A stretch of DNA of 64,000 bases, taken from the IMG/VR virus record IMGVR_UViG_3300025644_000002. One strand, given 5' to 3'. The position numbers and the translations under genes are program-made. The DNA comes from a virus (taxonomy: Duplodnaviria > Heunggongvirae > Uroviricota > Caudoviricetes). Every line of letters begins with the position of its first letter. Positions within the stretch are counted from its first letter, which is position 1. Of this stretch, positions 39,438-49,031 are shown in pieces. The notes under the pieces are model-generated. The model saw only the letters and a list, made by a program, of their open reading frames with translations, ran no database searches and was not told where the DNA came from.

Positions 39438-39939
39438 ATATTTACTAATACTACTCACAAATATATGTTTATGCGTTGGAGCCTTACCTGAGGAATGGAA
39501 AGCTTTAACAAGCCATCAACAAGAATCAATACGGGCATCCTATGAATATGGGGTGCCCTTTGATTTAGGGTGGACATTAGCTGCTATTGAGTGGCAAGAA
39601 TCTGCAGGAGGTAAATACCTTGTAAATTTGCAAGACCCTTCCGCAGGAGCTCACCATATCAATATCAACACATATATGAGTAGACATAGAGATGAGATAG
39701 AGGACACACCCTTTAATAGGAATGTAGTGGCCCAATGGCTCATAGATAGTCACATACTTAGTTGTAGAGAAGCAATAACTGAACTAACCTATTGGAAGAA
39801 TGAGAGACATAATGGTAGCTGGTCCAAAACTGTAAGATCCTACAGGGCGGGCAATCGCTGGGAGTCTCCAGCAGGTTGGCAATATTATAAAAGTATAACA
39901 GCCAGAATAAACTTTTTAAAACAAGAATGGAAATTATAA
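39418..39939 (+). CDS. hypothetical protein (173 aa)
   Basis: ORF track. Confidence 0.45.
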   Translation: MQVGSIRYLLILLTNICLCVGALPEEWKALTSHQQESIRASYEYGVPFDLGWTLAAIEWQESAGGKYLVNLQDPSAGAHHININTYMSRHRDEIEDTPFNRNVVAQWLIDSHILSCREAITELTYWKNERHNGSWSKTVRSYRAGNRWESPAGWQYYKSITARINFLKQEWKL

Positions 39940-39940
39940 A

Positions 39941-41005
39941 ATGAGACATTTAGCAACAATCCAACTCATAGCTAATTTAGAGCCTATCTCTGGAGCAGAT
40001 GTAATTGAAAAAGCAACTGTAAAAGGCTGGCATCTAGTAGTTAAGAAGGGGGAATTTCAAATAGGTGATAAATGCGTCTACTTTGAAGTGGACTCTTTGT
40101 TGCCAGAAATAGAGCCGTTTGAATTCTTAAAGAAAAACGGTGTCAAAACAATAGATGACGGCACAAGAGGTTATCGCTTACGAACTATAAAATTGCGTAA
40201 GCAAATTAGTCAAGGGCTAGCCATGCCATTAGATACTTTCGAAGAGCTCGCCGATGGCCCCGAAGTGGGAACAGACGTAAGTGAACTTTTGAAAGTAGTA
40301 AAATATGAAGCACCCATTCCAGCATGCTTAAGTGGCCAGATTAAAGGCCACAGACCTTCCTGGATTCCTAAGACGGATGAAGAACGTGTACAGAATCTTG
40401 TAGATGAAATAAAAGAATGGGCAGGAACAGAGTGCTACATAACAGAGAAATTAGATGGATCGTCATCTACCTTTTATTATGCACCTAACTACCGAAAAGC
40501 AACACCTTTCGGAGTATGCAGTCGGAAGCTTGACCTAATAGAGAATGACAAAAATTCTTTCTGGAAAGTCGCTAGAGATATTGACGCAGAAGAGAAAATG
40601 TCTAAACTTGGTATAAATGTAATTTTCCAAGGAGAATTACTGGGGCCAGGGATTCAGAAAAATAAATACAAATTGTCTGCTACAGAAGTAAAAATGTTTA
40701 ACGCTTTTACTATACAAGATGGTGGCTTTGGAAGTATTGAGAGCTTTCTAAATCTTATATTTGGGGACTACACAACTGAGGGGGAAGTTCGCGTACGAGG
40801 GTTAGATAGAATATTTAATACTGTACCTGTCCTTAATCCAAAGATGGTGTTAAACCATACAGTAGACGAATTAGTAGAGCTTTCTAAAGGCCCAAGCCTT
40901 CTAAATCCTGATATCCCAAGAGAGGGAATTGTGATTAGAGCGAGAGATGGTAGCTTTAGTTTTAAAGTAATTAACCCTGACTTCTTAATTAAGTTTGGAG
41001 AATAA
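39941..41005 (+). CDS. rnlB: RNA ligase 2-like nucleotidyltransferase (Rnl2 family) with an extra N-terminal domain
   Basis: Motif I TEKLDGSS; FQGELLGPGIQKNKYKL ~ T4 Rnl2 FGEFAGPGIQKNVDY; motifs EGIVIR and SFKVINPDF. Confidence 0.6.
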   Translation: MRHLATIQLIANLEPISGADVIEKATVKGWHLVVKKGEFQIGDKCVYFEVDSLLPEIEPFEFLKKNGVKTIDDGTRGYRLRTIKLRKQISQGLAMPLDTFEELADGPEVGTDVSELLKVVKYEAPIPACLSGQIKGHRPSWIPKTDEERVQNLVDEIKEWAGTECYITEKLDGSSSTFYYAPNYRKATPFGVCSRKLDLIENDKNSFWKVARDIDAEEKMSKLGINVIFQGELLGPGIQKNKYKLSATEVKMFNAFTIQDGGFGSIESFLNLIFGDYTTEGEVRVRGLDRIFNTVPVLNPKMVLNHTVDELVELSKGPSLLNPDIPREGIVIRARDGSFSFKVINPDFLIKFGE

Positions 41006-41389
41006 ATGAAAAGTAACCAGCTTTTAAAAACACTGAAAGATGGCGATATAGTATTAATGGTGCTTCCTGGGTTATATGAGCCTTCAGTGTTAGAGATATG
41101 CCAACTCAAAAATACTAAATTCATTCCAAAGGGTGAGGGGCGCTCTTTCGACTGGTTAGACTTTGACTCTGACACTTTGTATGTAAATACTCGCGTACAT
41201 AGTTCACAGTTAGGTGAATCAGCTGGAAACTGTTTGTCAATAACAGAAGTGATAGCTCCCGAGCATCTTGAACAATTTGCACGAAATAAAGATATGTGGA
41301 AAGCATCTTTATACCAATACTCTGACGTTGAGTACAAACACGCCCAGAGTACGGCGGAGAGTTCTATAAAGTTATGGGATAGAGACTAA
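41006..41389 (+). CDS. hypothetical protein (127 aa)
   Basis: ORF track. Confidence 0.45.
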   Translation: MKSNQLLKTLKDGDIVLMVLPGLYEPSVLEICQLKNTKFIPKGEGRSFDWLDFDSDTLYVNTRVHSSQLGESAGNCLSITEVIAPEHLEQFARNKDMWKASLYQYSDVEYKHAQSTAESSIKLWDRD

Positions 41390-41413
41390 GCCATAAATAA
41401 AAGGAAATACAAA

Positions 41414-42328
41414 ATGAGACAAGTAATAATACTACGGGGGTTACCCGCAAGCGGTAAGACTTCGTATGCCGTAGATATGATGGATAAAATGCCAGATACA
41501 TACAAACGTGTAAATAGGGATAGTCTACGAAGCATGGTTGATGGTGGAGTATACTCTAAAGGAAATGAGAAAATAATTAAAGCAATTAGAGACTCTTTAA
41601 TCTTTAGATACTTAGATGCCGGAAGATCAGTATTCGTAGATGATACAAACTTACACAGCTCAAATGAGGAGCATATTAGAAAAATAGTGGCGGACTATAA
41701 CATTTTACGGGAAGTTAAGCACGACGTATTAGTTGTGGTTAGAGAATTCCCTACAGATGTATTTGATGCCATTGATCGAGACGCATTACGTACAGGATCG
41801 GCCCATGTAGGCTCTAAAGTTATTTATGATATGTACAGTAGGTTTCTAAAGAAAGATGAGCCTCACGACTATCCTGAGCCTCCAGGCACGGTTGAGTTGG
41901 TAGACGGCTTACCTAAGGCAATCATTTGTGACTTAGACGGCACGATGGCATTCCTTAAAGGCCGTAACCCTTATGACGCCTCTACTTGTGAGAACGATAC
42001 TTACAATGCGATTTTGGGGGAAATTCTTCACGTTATGGACAAACAGGGATACCAAATAATCTTTTTATCTGGAAGATCGGAAAAATACCTTTCAGAAACT
42101 AGACAGTTTTTGAAAGCAAACCTTCCGTTTCCTCATTGGAAGATGTTCATGAGACCATTGTTTGAGCATAATATAAGAGATTCAATTCTTAAACGCAAAC
42201 TTTATGATGAACACGTTAAAGATAAATACAACGTATTTTGCGTGTTTGATGATAGAGACCAAGTAGTTGGTCTATGGCGTAAAGACTTAGGTCTACAATG
42301 TTTCCAAGTAAACTACGGAAACTTCTAA
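41414..42328 (+). CDS. pnk: polynucleotide kinase / 3'-phosphatase (T4 Pnk-like)
   Basis: N-terminal P-loop GLPASGKTS; C-terminal HAD motif ICDLDGT. Confidence 0.65.
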   Translation: MRQVIILRGLPASGKTSYAVDMMDKMPDTYKRVNRDSLRSMVDGGVYSKGNEKIIKAIRDSLIFRYLDAGRSVFVDDTNLHSSNEEHIRKIVADYNILREVKHDVLVVVREFPTDVFDAIDRDALRTGSAHVGSKVIYDMYSRFLKKDEPHDYPEPPGTVELVDGLPKAIICDLDGTMAFLKGRNPYDASTCENDTYNAILGEILHVMDKQGYQIIFLSGRSEKYLSETRQFLKANLPFPHWKMFMRPLFEHNIRDSILKRKLYDEHVKDKYNVFCVFDDRDQVVGLWRKDLGLQCFQVNYGNF

Positions 42329-42382
42329 ATTAATAAACTGACGAAATAATAACATACAAGTTAGAAAAGGAAAAAAAACAAA

Positions 42383-43246
42383 ATGCAAAAATTGCACTTC
42401 TTAATAATTGATCCACAAAACTCTTTTATGGATCGAAACAATGATTTAGTCTTACTTCAAAAAGCCGGCATAAATTTGGCGGATATAGGATTACGACTTC
42501 CAGAACCAGAATTACCGGTACCGGGGGCTTATGAGGACTCTGAGAGGTTAGCTATGGTGCTTAACCGCTTAAGAGGTAAAATTACTGGGATCCACGTGAC
42601 GCTAGATACCCACCAATTGTTGGATATTTCGCATCCATTATTTTGGATGAATAGTGCTGGAGAACATCCGGGCCCGTTTACACTTATAAGTCTAGACGAC
42701 TTAAACGGATCAGTTTGGACACCGACTAGCCCAGATCGAATTCCAAGAGCCAGAGCTTACCTGCAAGCTCTCCAAGACAACGACAGATACCTTCTGTGTA
42801 TATGGCCACCACATTGTAAAGTGGGCACATGGGGCCACAATGTAGTAGATGTTGTAAACGCAGAACTTGAAGCCTGGGAAGAAAGCAGAAAACGCAGAAT
42901 AAACTATGTTACAAAAGGACACAACCCTTGGACAGAACATTACTCTGGCGTTATTGCTGATGTACCTGACGATGAAGATCCTACTACGCAGTTAAACGTC
43001 ACTCTTTTAAAACTTTTAAAAGACGCAGACATAATTGCCCTTTCAGGTCAGGCTCTATCACACTGTGTAGCTAATACAGTTAAAGATATTGCAGACAACT
43101 TCGGAGAAGAGAATATCAAAAAACTAGTACTGCTTGAAGACACTTCTTCAAATGTTACTGGGTTTGAGAAATTGGGTACCGACTTTGTAACGGAAATGGT
43201 TTCACGCGGTATGCAGATCTGTAAAGCTGAAGACTTTTTGAAATAA
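42383..43246 (+). CDS. isochorismatase-family hydrolase, putative nicotinamidase (PncA-like)
   Basis: LIIDPQNSF resembles the isochorismatase/nicotinamidase N-terminal motif; fits the NAD salvage set. Confidence 0.45.
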   Translation: MQKLHFLIIDPQNSFMDRNNDLVLLQKAGINLADIGLRLPEPELPVPGAYEDSERLAMVLNRLRGKITGIHVTLDTHQLLDISHPLFWMNSAGEHPGPFTLISLDDLNGSVWTPTSPDRIPRARAYLQALQDNDRYLLCIWPPHCKVGTWGHNVVDVVNAELEAWEESRKRRINYVTKGHNPWTEHYSGVIADVPDDEDPTTQLNVTLLKLLKDADIIALSGQALSHCVANTVKDIADNFGEENIKKLVLLEDTSSNVTGFEKLGTDFVTEMVSRGMQICKAEDFLK

Positions 43247-43276
43247 ACAAACACACAAAGATAAAGGAGATTATCA

Positions 43277-44041
43277 ATGGTAGATACCATGCAAAGTGTG
43301 GACTTATTAGGAGCTGGAAATTTTAAGTTTTCAGCAATAGGCTTAGATGAACTAGAAGCCTCCGAATATACCTTAGTAGGTATAGTCGTTGACATTACCG
43401 GATCAGTGGGCGGTTATGAAACTATGTTACAAAAGATGATTGAAGAAATAGTGGGGGCATGTAAAATGTCTGCACGTTCTGAAAATCTACTTGTTAGGGT
43501 AACACTGTTTAATAGTCAGACTGATATTTTGGAAATCCATGGATTTAAGCCTGTAAACGATATAGATTTAAGTGAGTATTCAGGGAAATTAGTACCTGAC
43601 GCAGCTACTAACCTGTTTGATGCCACTTATGATATGATCGGATCAATTGAACAGTATGGTAAATCCCTAGCGGACCAGGAATACAGTGTAAATGCTGCCG
43701 TGTATGTTATTACAGACGGAGATGATAATTCTTCGACTATGACAGCCACTAATGTAAAGGACAGAATACACTCCATTAAACGTGCCGAAGAATCAATTGA
43801 ATCTTTAATTTCCGTATTAATCGGGATAGGCACAGACGGCAACCATGGTTGGGGCTCTAGGGTTTCACAACTATTAAAAGAGTTTAAAGATGATGCAGAC
43901 CTCACGCAATATATTGATGCGGGCAATGCAAATGCTAAAACTCTTGCAAAATTAGGGAATTTCATTAGCCAAAGCATTAGTTCACAGAGCCATTCACTTG
44001 GCACTGGCGGACCTTCTGCTCAAGCTAGTATGAAATTCTAA
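43277..44041 (+). CDS. von Willebrand factor A domain protein (TerY-like)
   Basis: MIDAS DITGSVGG…TDGDDN. Confidence 0.55.
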   Translation: MVDTMQSVDLLGAGNFKFSAIGLDELEASEYTLVGIVVDITGSVGGYETMLQKMIEEIVGACKMSARSENLLVRVTLFNSQTDILEIHGFKPVNDIDLSEYSGKLVPDAATNLFDATYDMIGSIEQYGKSLADQEYSVNAAVYVITDGDDNSSTMTATNVKDRIHSIKRAEESIESLISVLIGIGTDGNHGWGSRVSQLLKEFKDDADLTQYIDAGNANAKTLAKLGNFISQSISSQSHSLGTGGPSAQASMKF

Positions 44042-44072
44042 CTTACAAAACGTACGTAAGAAACGGCGTAAC

Positions 44073-44140
44073 GGGGCGGTATCTCAGCAGGGTAGAGTTA
44101 GGGGATACCCTAGACATTGGTTCGAATCCAATCCGCGCTG
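44073..44140 (+). tRNA. tRNA-like gene (68 nt) whose anticodon arm is replaced by a TAGGG-GATA-CCCTA tetraloop hairpin
   Basis: Acceptor GGGGCGG/CCGCGCT, D-arm, canonical T-arm ATTGG-TTCGAAT-CCAAT, but no 7-nt anticodon loop can be folded. Confidence 0.35.
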
Positions 44141-44169
44141 TTACGTTCGTTCTTATTAAAAGGAAAACT

Positions 44170-44949
44170 ATGAACATAGATTCACATTTTATTCAAGGGG
44201 CCACTCATCGGGTTTGTGAAGATTATACACTTCATGGGGAAACAGATGAGATAGCTTATATTATTGTATGTGATGGGTGTTCAAGCGCTCCTCACACAGA
44301 TTTTGGAGCTAGATTAATAGCCCATAGTGTAGAACAAGCCATTAGAGAATTTGGAGAGCTGACTCGTCAAAAATTAGAGTGGCAACTTCAATTATGTAAA
44401 GGTTATACTGATGTCCAAGGCCTGGACCGCCGTATGCTGCTGTCAACTGTGTTGGTAGCTATCTATAATAAAGAAAAACAAAGCTTTTATATTCTTATGG
44501 CCGGAGATGGACATTGTTTCTTAGATTCAAAAGAAGGACCGCTTCATATAGATATTCAATCACCTCATAATACTCCATACTATCCTGCGTATAACATTAC
44601 TCGAAAAGATCAGGAAGAATACAAAGAGTGTTTAAAGGACAAAGGACAAACAGTTGTTCACATGAATGATGGTGACGAGGATCCTACCAATGTAGCATTA
44701 GAAACTGGAATGCCCTTTATATTTCAGCCTGATTACCCGATAGCTTCGGTAATTTTAACTACTGATGGTATAGACCAAGTAATAGATAGGGATACTGGAG
44801 AGAGAGTAGTGATTGATGATATCATCACTCATTTCCCAAGTGCCGCAGGAGCATTCGCTGTAAGAAAACTAAGGTTTCTTAAGAAAACCTGGAATAGAAA
44901 TTATATTACTAACGCAGACGATATTGGAATTGCTGGAATAATATTATGA
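44170..44949 (+). CDS. PP2C-family Ser/Thr phosphatase
   Basis: VCDGCSSAPHTDFGA ~ PP2C xDGxGGxxxG motif; sits between the vWA and kinase genes. Confidence 0.5.
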   Translation: MNIDSHFIQGATHRVCEDYTLHGETDEIAYIIVCDGCSSAPHTDFGARLIAHSVEQAIREFGELTRQKLEWQLQLCKGYTDVQGLDRRMLLSTVLVAIYNKEKQSFYILMAGDGHCFLDSKEGPLHIDIQSPHNTPYYPAYNITRKDQEEYKECLKDKGQTVVHMNDGDEDPTNVALETGMPFIFQPDYPIASVILTTDGIDQVIDRDTGERVVIDDIITHFPSAAGAFAVRKLRFLKKTWNRNYITNADDIGIAGIIL

Positions 44950-46637
44950 AGGTTTTAGTACAAGGAAAGGGGCAAGTATCATTATTAGACTCTAATTTTG
45001 TAGCTCAAGGTGGAGAGGGTAAAGTATATGTAAAAGGTGGAAGAGCTTATAAAATATTTCATGACCCAAAAACTATGATACCTGAAGAAAAAATTAGGGA
45101 ACTGTCAGTTCTTACTAAGAATACCATTATAAAACCTGAGAATTTAATTTACACTACAAAAAACACGTTAATAGGATTTATGATGCAGACTGTACCTCAG
45201 TCTATTCCATTACCAAGAATGTTTACATCTGCGTATCTTAATAGAAACAATTTAAATAACGATACCGTTACTAAATTAGTTACAAATATTAAGGATACAA
45301 TTAGTCATGTGCACGATCATGACATAATAATGGTCGATGGTAACGAATTAAATTATTTAATAGAAACTAGAAAGCATACTACTGCTTATTGTATAGATGT
45401 AAACTCATGGCAAACTCCTAATTATCCAGCTACAGTAATTATGCCCTCTATTAGAGATTGGCATGCTACAGAATTCACAGAAATTTCAGATTGGTTTTCC
45501 TTCGCTGTAATAGCTTGTCAACTGTTTATAGGAATTCACCCATATAAGGGAAAGAATTCTCACTTTAAACGAGCTACATTAGAAGAACGTATGAGAGCAA
45601 ACGTATCAATCTTTAACCCTGAAACGCGTGTTCCGGGCGCAGTAAGGGACTTTACAAATATACCTAAGAGTTATTATGATTGGTTTAAAGAAGTATTTGA
45701 AAATGGTTATAGAAGTACTCCTCCAGACATGAAAGGGCAGTACATTATACTTCCAATAACTCCTATAATAACAACACACACCGGAAGCAAATATTTTACA
45801 ATACAACAATTAAACGATTATCCTGGCGACATAATTGACTGCACTTATTTTGGTAGACAGTATATAATATATACCAAAAAAGATGTTGTCATATATAACA
45901 ATAATAGTTATATTAAAGATACCACCTCCAAGGTTTTTTCACACAGTATGTCTCAAAAGACGTTTCTTGTGAAAACTAAGGATGAATCTTTAGTATACAG
46001 ATCATTGGAAGATAGCCAATCTCCTTATCATAGTACAAATATTAAGGTTGAAAAAACTATGATATACGAAAATAGGCTATATGGCGTAAACAAGGATAGA
46101 TTTTTTGAAATAGATGTATTAGATACCGGCTCAAAGCCTACGTTTTATATTTTAAATACTTGGGAAATATTCAATAATTCTACAGAAATGTTAGATGGAG
46201 TATTATGTTCTAGTATTTTAGGTAAAACTCATTTATATTTACCATACGCACCCAACAAATGTGCAATTGTAGCAATTCCTGAACTAGATAAGTACAAGAT
46301 AATTGATGCAAAATGCCGAGACAGGGTTTGTATGATAATAGGACAATCAGGCAGCAAGTATGATAAATTTATTATCGTATTCGATGAAAATTTCAAAAAA
46401 TATGATATAAGAATCTTGAAGGACGCAGATAATATGTTGAATTTTATCTGCCTACCTAACGGATTAACTATAAGTATACATGAAGATGGCGCTTTAGAAA
46501 TGTTTCGCGCTAAGGCTTCAAGTGATGTGCAGGTCTACAAAGACTCTGCCATCAAGTCGTCGATGACACTGGCCCACGAGGGCAATATTGTTCGGTTCTA
46601 TGAAATGAATCGGATGTATCAACTAAAAATGAAATAA
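44946..46637 (+). CDS. eukaryotic-like Ser/Thr protein kinase
   Basis: Gly-rich loop AQGGEGKVYV, AYKIF (VAIK-like), DWFSFAVIACQLFIGIHPYKG (DxWSxG…P). Confidence 0.55.
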   Translation: MKVLVQGKGQVSLLDSNFVAQGGEGKVYVKGGRAYKIFHDPKTMIPEEKIRELSVLTKNTIIKPENLIYTTKNTLIGFMMQTVPQSIPLPRMFTSAYLNRNNLNNDTVTKLVTNIKDTISHVHDHDIIMVDGNELNYLIETRKHTTAYCIDVNSWQTPNYPATVIMPSIRDWHATEFTEISDWFSFAVIACQLFIGIHPYKGKNSHFKRATLEERMRANVSIFNPETRVPGAVRDFTNIPKSYYDWFKEVFENGYRSTPPDMKGQYIILPITPIITTHTGSKYFTIQQLNDYPGDIIDCTYFGRQYIIYTKKDVVIYNNNSYIKDTTSKVFSHSMSQKTFLVKTKDESLVYRSLEDSQSPYHSTNIKVEKTMIYENRLYGVNKDRFFEIDVLDTGSKPTFYILNTWEIFNNSTEMLDGVLCSSILGKTHLYLPYAPNKCAIVAIPELDKYKIIDAKCRDRVCMIIGQSGSKYDKFIIVFDENFKKYDIRILKDADNMLNFICLPNGLTISIHEDGALEMFRAKASSDVQVYKDSAIKSSMTLAHEGNIVRFYEMNRMYQLKMK

Positions 46638-46649
46638 TCAAGACAACAA

Positions 46650-47036
46650 ATGAGCAATTTATACTCAAAATTAAGTGACGATAAAAAATATGATGCAGTA
46701 GACTTCGTACTGTACTGGAACGAGCCAAACGTAATGGTTGAGCTATTAGTACCAGGTTATCAGGCTTCTAACATTAAAATTAGAATAGCTAAGGCTGGAA
46801 CTGCGTTCGGCAATTCGCCTTCAACTCATGACCGCCTGTTAGTGACAGCTGGACCGGATAAAGAGATTGGTAAAGGAACTTTCTGTAAAGGTTTCTATAA
46901 CGAATTTCCATTACAGAACGGTGAACATTTTAATTATGGAAAATTAACTAGTTCGCTAGTTCGTGGTGTTTTAACCATCGCCATACCTGTAAAAGGGAAA
47001 TTCACTCCACAGGAGTTCACAGTTAGCGAAGGCTAG
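46650..47036 (+). CDS. Hsp20 / alpha-crystallin-family small heat shock protein
   Basis: …GKLTSSLVRGVLTIAIPVK C-terminal alpha-crystallin-like beta strands. Confidence 0.45.
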   Translation: MSNLYSKLSDDKKYDAVDFVLYWNEPNVMVELLVPGYQASNIKIRIAKAGTAFGNSPSTHDRLLVTAGPDKEIGKGTFCKGFYNEFPLQNGEHFNYGKLTSSLVRGVLTIAIPVKGKFTPQEFTVSEG

Positions 47037-47100
47037 CGCTTCTATGTAGATCGTCAATAAAAGACATTATAAAGCTTAACCGCTTTATATCTTTGAAATT

Positions 47101-47140
47101 AGGCCCGGCGATCACTCGCTGGGTCTTTTTTTTAACAATT
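47101..47140 (+). terminator. Rho-independent terminator (CCCGGCGA…TCGCTGGG + T9)
   Basis: ggcccggcgatcactcgctgggtcttttttttaac. Confidence 0.5.
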
Positions 47141-47161
47141 ATTAACAATAGGGAATTATAA

Positions 47162-47839
47162 ATGAGATTATTAATGAGAGCGTTAGTAGGAAGTAGATTG
47201 CATGGGTTAGATACTCCTATAAGTGATTTCGATTATAAAACTGTATTTATTGAGACTACTTCAAATATTTTAGCTTTACCAGAGCACCAGCCCAGCGATC
47301 CAAAGGATCCAGCAGATACCTGGGAATTAGCTAGATTTCTACATTTCGCATTAAGAAGTAATCCTACAATTCTGGAAACTTTTAAAGCGACATTTACTAC
47401 AGAAAACGAGAACTGGTGTGAAGAGTTAAGAAGTCTATTTCCAGACGTTTGGAGTTCTAAATTAGTTTTCCACTCGTACAGGGGTTATGCTCAATCGCAA
47501 CGCAAAAAGCTTTTAGAAAATGATGAAGCCCTTAGTAATGGAAATGTAGAATTAGATACCATTAGAAAAAGAAAATCATCAGCGGCCTGGTTAAGAATGT
47601 TATATAATGGATACGAACTATTACAAACTGGCGATTTTACAGCCAGAATAGCTGATACAGAAGTAGGCATTCTTTGCAGAAAATATAAGGAAGGCGAATC
47701 TACTATACCAGAGGTTATAAAAACTTGTAGCTCTTGGGAAGAAAAACTAGAAGACGCGTTTAATAAGTCTACAAAAAAAGAAGCTAACTCAAAATTAGTA
47801 AATGATTTTCTATTAAAAATAAGAAAAGTTTCTTGGTAA
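47162..47839 (+). CDS. minimal nucleotidyltransferase (Pol-beta superfamily)
   Basis: GSRLHGLDTPISDFDY matches GS…SDxD. Confidence 0.45.
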   Translation: MRLLMRALVGSRLHGLDTPISDFDYKTVFIETTSNILALPEHQPSDPKDPADTWELARFLHFALRSNPTILETFKATFTTENENWCEELRSLFPDVWSSKLVFHSYRGYAQSQRKKLLENDEALSNGNVELDTIRKRKSSAAWLRMLYNGYELLQTGDFTARIADTEVGILCRKYKEGESTIPEVIKTCSSWEEKLEDAFNKSTKKEANSKLVNDFLLKIRKVSW

Positions 47840-47840
47840 T

Positions 47841-47911
47841 GCGGCTATCGTCTAATGGTAGGACACAACCTTGCCATGGTTGGAATGTCGGTTCAAATCC
47901 GTCTAGCTGCT
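47841..47911 (+). tRNA. tRNA-Gly (GCC)
   Basis: Acceptor GCGGCTA/TAGCTGC, anticodon loop TTGCCAT. Confidence 0.65.
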
Positions 47912-47932
47912 CAAATAAATAGAAAGGGCAAC

Positions 47933-48202
47933 ATGAGTTATAAACACAATCAACGACAACACGCTGTAAAAAGATTTGAAGAGCGTTATGATATTACGTT
48001 GACCAAAAAGCTAAGAAAAGAATTATTGAATAGAATTAGGAACGAGTATAACGACCAAGGAGTAAGCGTTCTAGAAAAAGTAGGACACAGGTTAGTTATG
48101 ATTATTGAGCAAAATAGCATTAGATACAAAGTAGTATATGATAAGAAAACTAATGAAATTGTCACAGCTTTACCAATTAAAGCGGCTATGGTCCAACGGT
48201 AA
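47933..48202 (+). CDS. hypothetical protein (89 aa, MSYKHNQRQHAVKRFEERYDI…)
   Basis: Track ORF 47855..48202 begins inside the tRNA; ATG at 47933. Confidence 0.45.
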   Translation: MSYKHNQRQHAVKRFEERYDITLTKKLRKELLNRIRNEYNDQGVSVLEKVGHRLVMIIEQNSIRYKVVYDKKTNEIVTALPIKAAMVQR

Positions 48203-48252
48203 GACTTCTGACTTCCACTCAGACGATGAGAGTTCGATTCTCTCTAGTTGCT
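48182..48252 (+). tRNA. tRNA-Gly (TCC)
   Basis: Acceptor GCGGCTA/TAGTTGC (two GU pairs), anticodon loop CTTCCAC; overlaps the 3' end of the preceding CDS. Confidence 0.6.
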
Positions 48253-48274
48253 CAAATAAAACCAATAAAAAACA

Positions 48275-48670
48275 ATGGCAAGTTATGAAAAGAAAACAGT
48301 TAAAATAATAATAGCACACCCGTATGATTATGATGATCTAGAAGGAAAACTTGAAGACGTACAAGAGGTACTAAGGCACATCATAGCTCTTTCTAGACAA
48401 CAGACAGGGGTAGACAACCCAGATGTGAGGTTTACCGCAGTTTGTAGCCAGTTCAACTCGTGGGACGATAGGATAGAGCTCGACGAATTAGAGGTTAGCG
48501 TGAGTCGAAAAGAGACGGATGAGGAATTTACTATTAGAACGAATGTATTAAAAGATAGAGCAAAAAAATCTGAAATAACTAGAAAGCGAAACGCGACAAG
48601 ACGGAAGAATAAGAAAGAAAAAGACGATTTTGAGCTTTATAAACAATTGGAAAAAAGATTTAAAAAATAA
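48275..48670 (+). CDS. hypothetical charged protein (131 aa)
   Basis: ORF track. Confidence 0.45.
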   Translation: MASYEKKTVKIIIAHPYDYDDLEGKLEDVQEVLRHIIALSRQQTGVDNPDVRFTAVCSQFNSWDDRIELDELEVSVSRKETDEEFTIRTNVLKDRAKKSEITRKRNATRRKNKKEKDDFELYKQLEKRFKK

Positions 48671-48679
48671 GGAAAGCTA

Positions 48680-48919
48680 ATGTCACAAAAATCAAACTCT
48701 AACAAACAGGGTAGAGACAAAATAAAATGCCAACGATACCTGGGGCGTGAAACACGGGAAATGAACATAGCAAGACGAATTGTAAAATTTGCAACAAGCA
48801 AACCAGGGCACAAAGGTAAAGAGGTTAAAATTGCGTTACATATGGCTAGTCAAAATAAACAGCCTGTAATTACAAAACTACATGTAAATCGTATTTTAAA
48901 ACAAAAGAACCTTCTATAG
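48680..48919 (+). CDS. small basic protein (79 aa)
   Basis: ORF track. Confidence 0.4.
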   Translation: MSQKSNSNKQGRDKIKCQRYLGRETREMNIARRIVKFATSKPGHKGKEVKIALHMASQNKQPVITKLHVNRILKQKNLL

Positions 48920-48956
48920 AAGATTCTAGTTTTTTGACATAGAGAGAAAAAATTAA

Positions 48957-49029
48957 TGGGGGCTCATCCAACGTAAAGGACGTCTGCAGAGGCAGGCGAA
49001 TGTGGGTTCAAATCCCACACCCCCAACCA
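48957..49029 (+). tRNA. tRNA-like gene with encoded ACCA, a canonical T-arm, and a 7-bp CGTCTGC/GCAGGCG + AGAG tetraloop hairpin in place of the anticodon arm
   Basis: TGGGGGC…ACCCCCA-A-CCA; GTGGG-TTCAAAT-CCCAC; no 5+7+5 anticodon arm can be folded. Confidence 0.35.
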
Positions 49030-49031
49030 AC

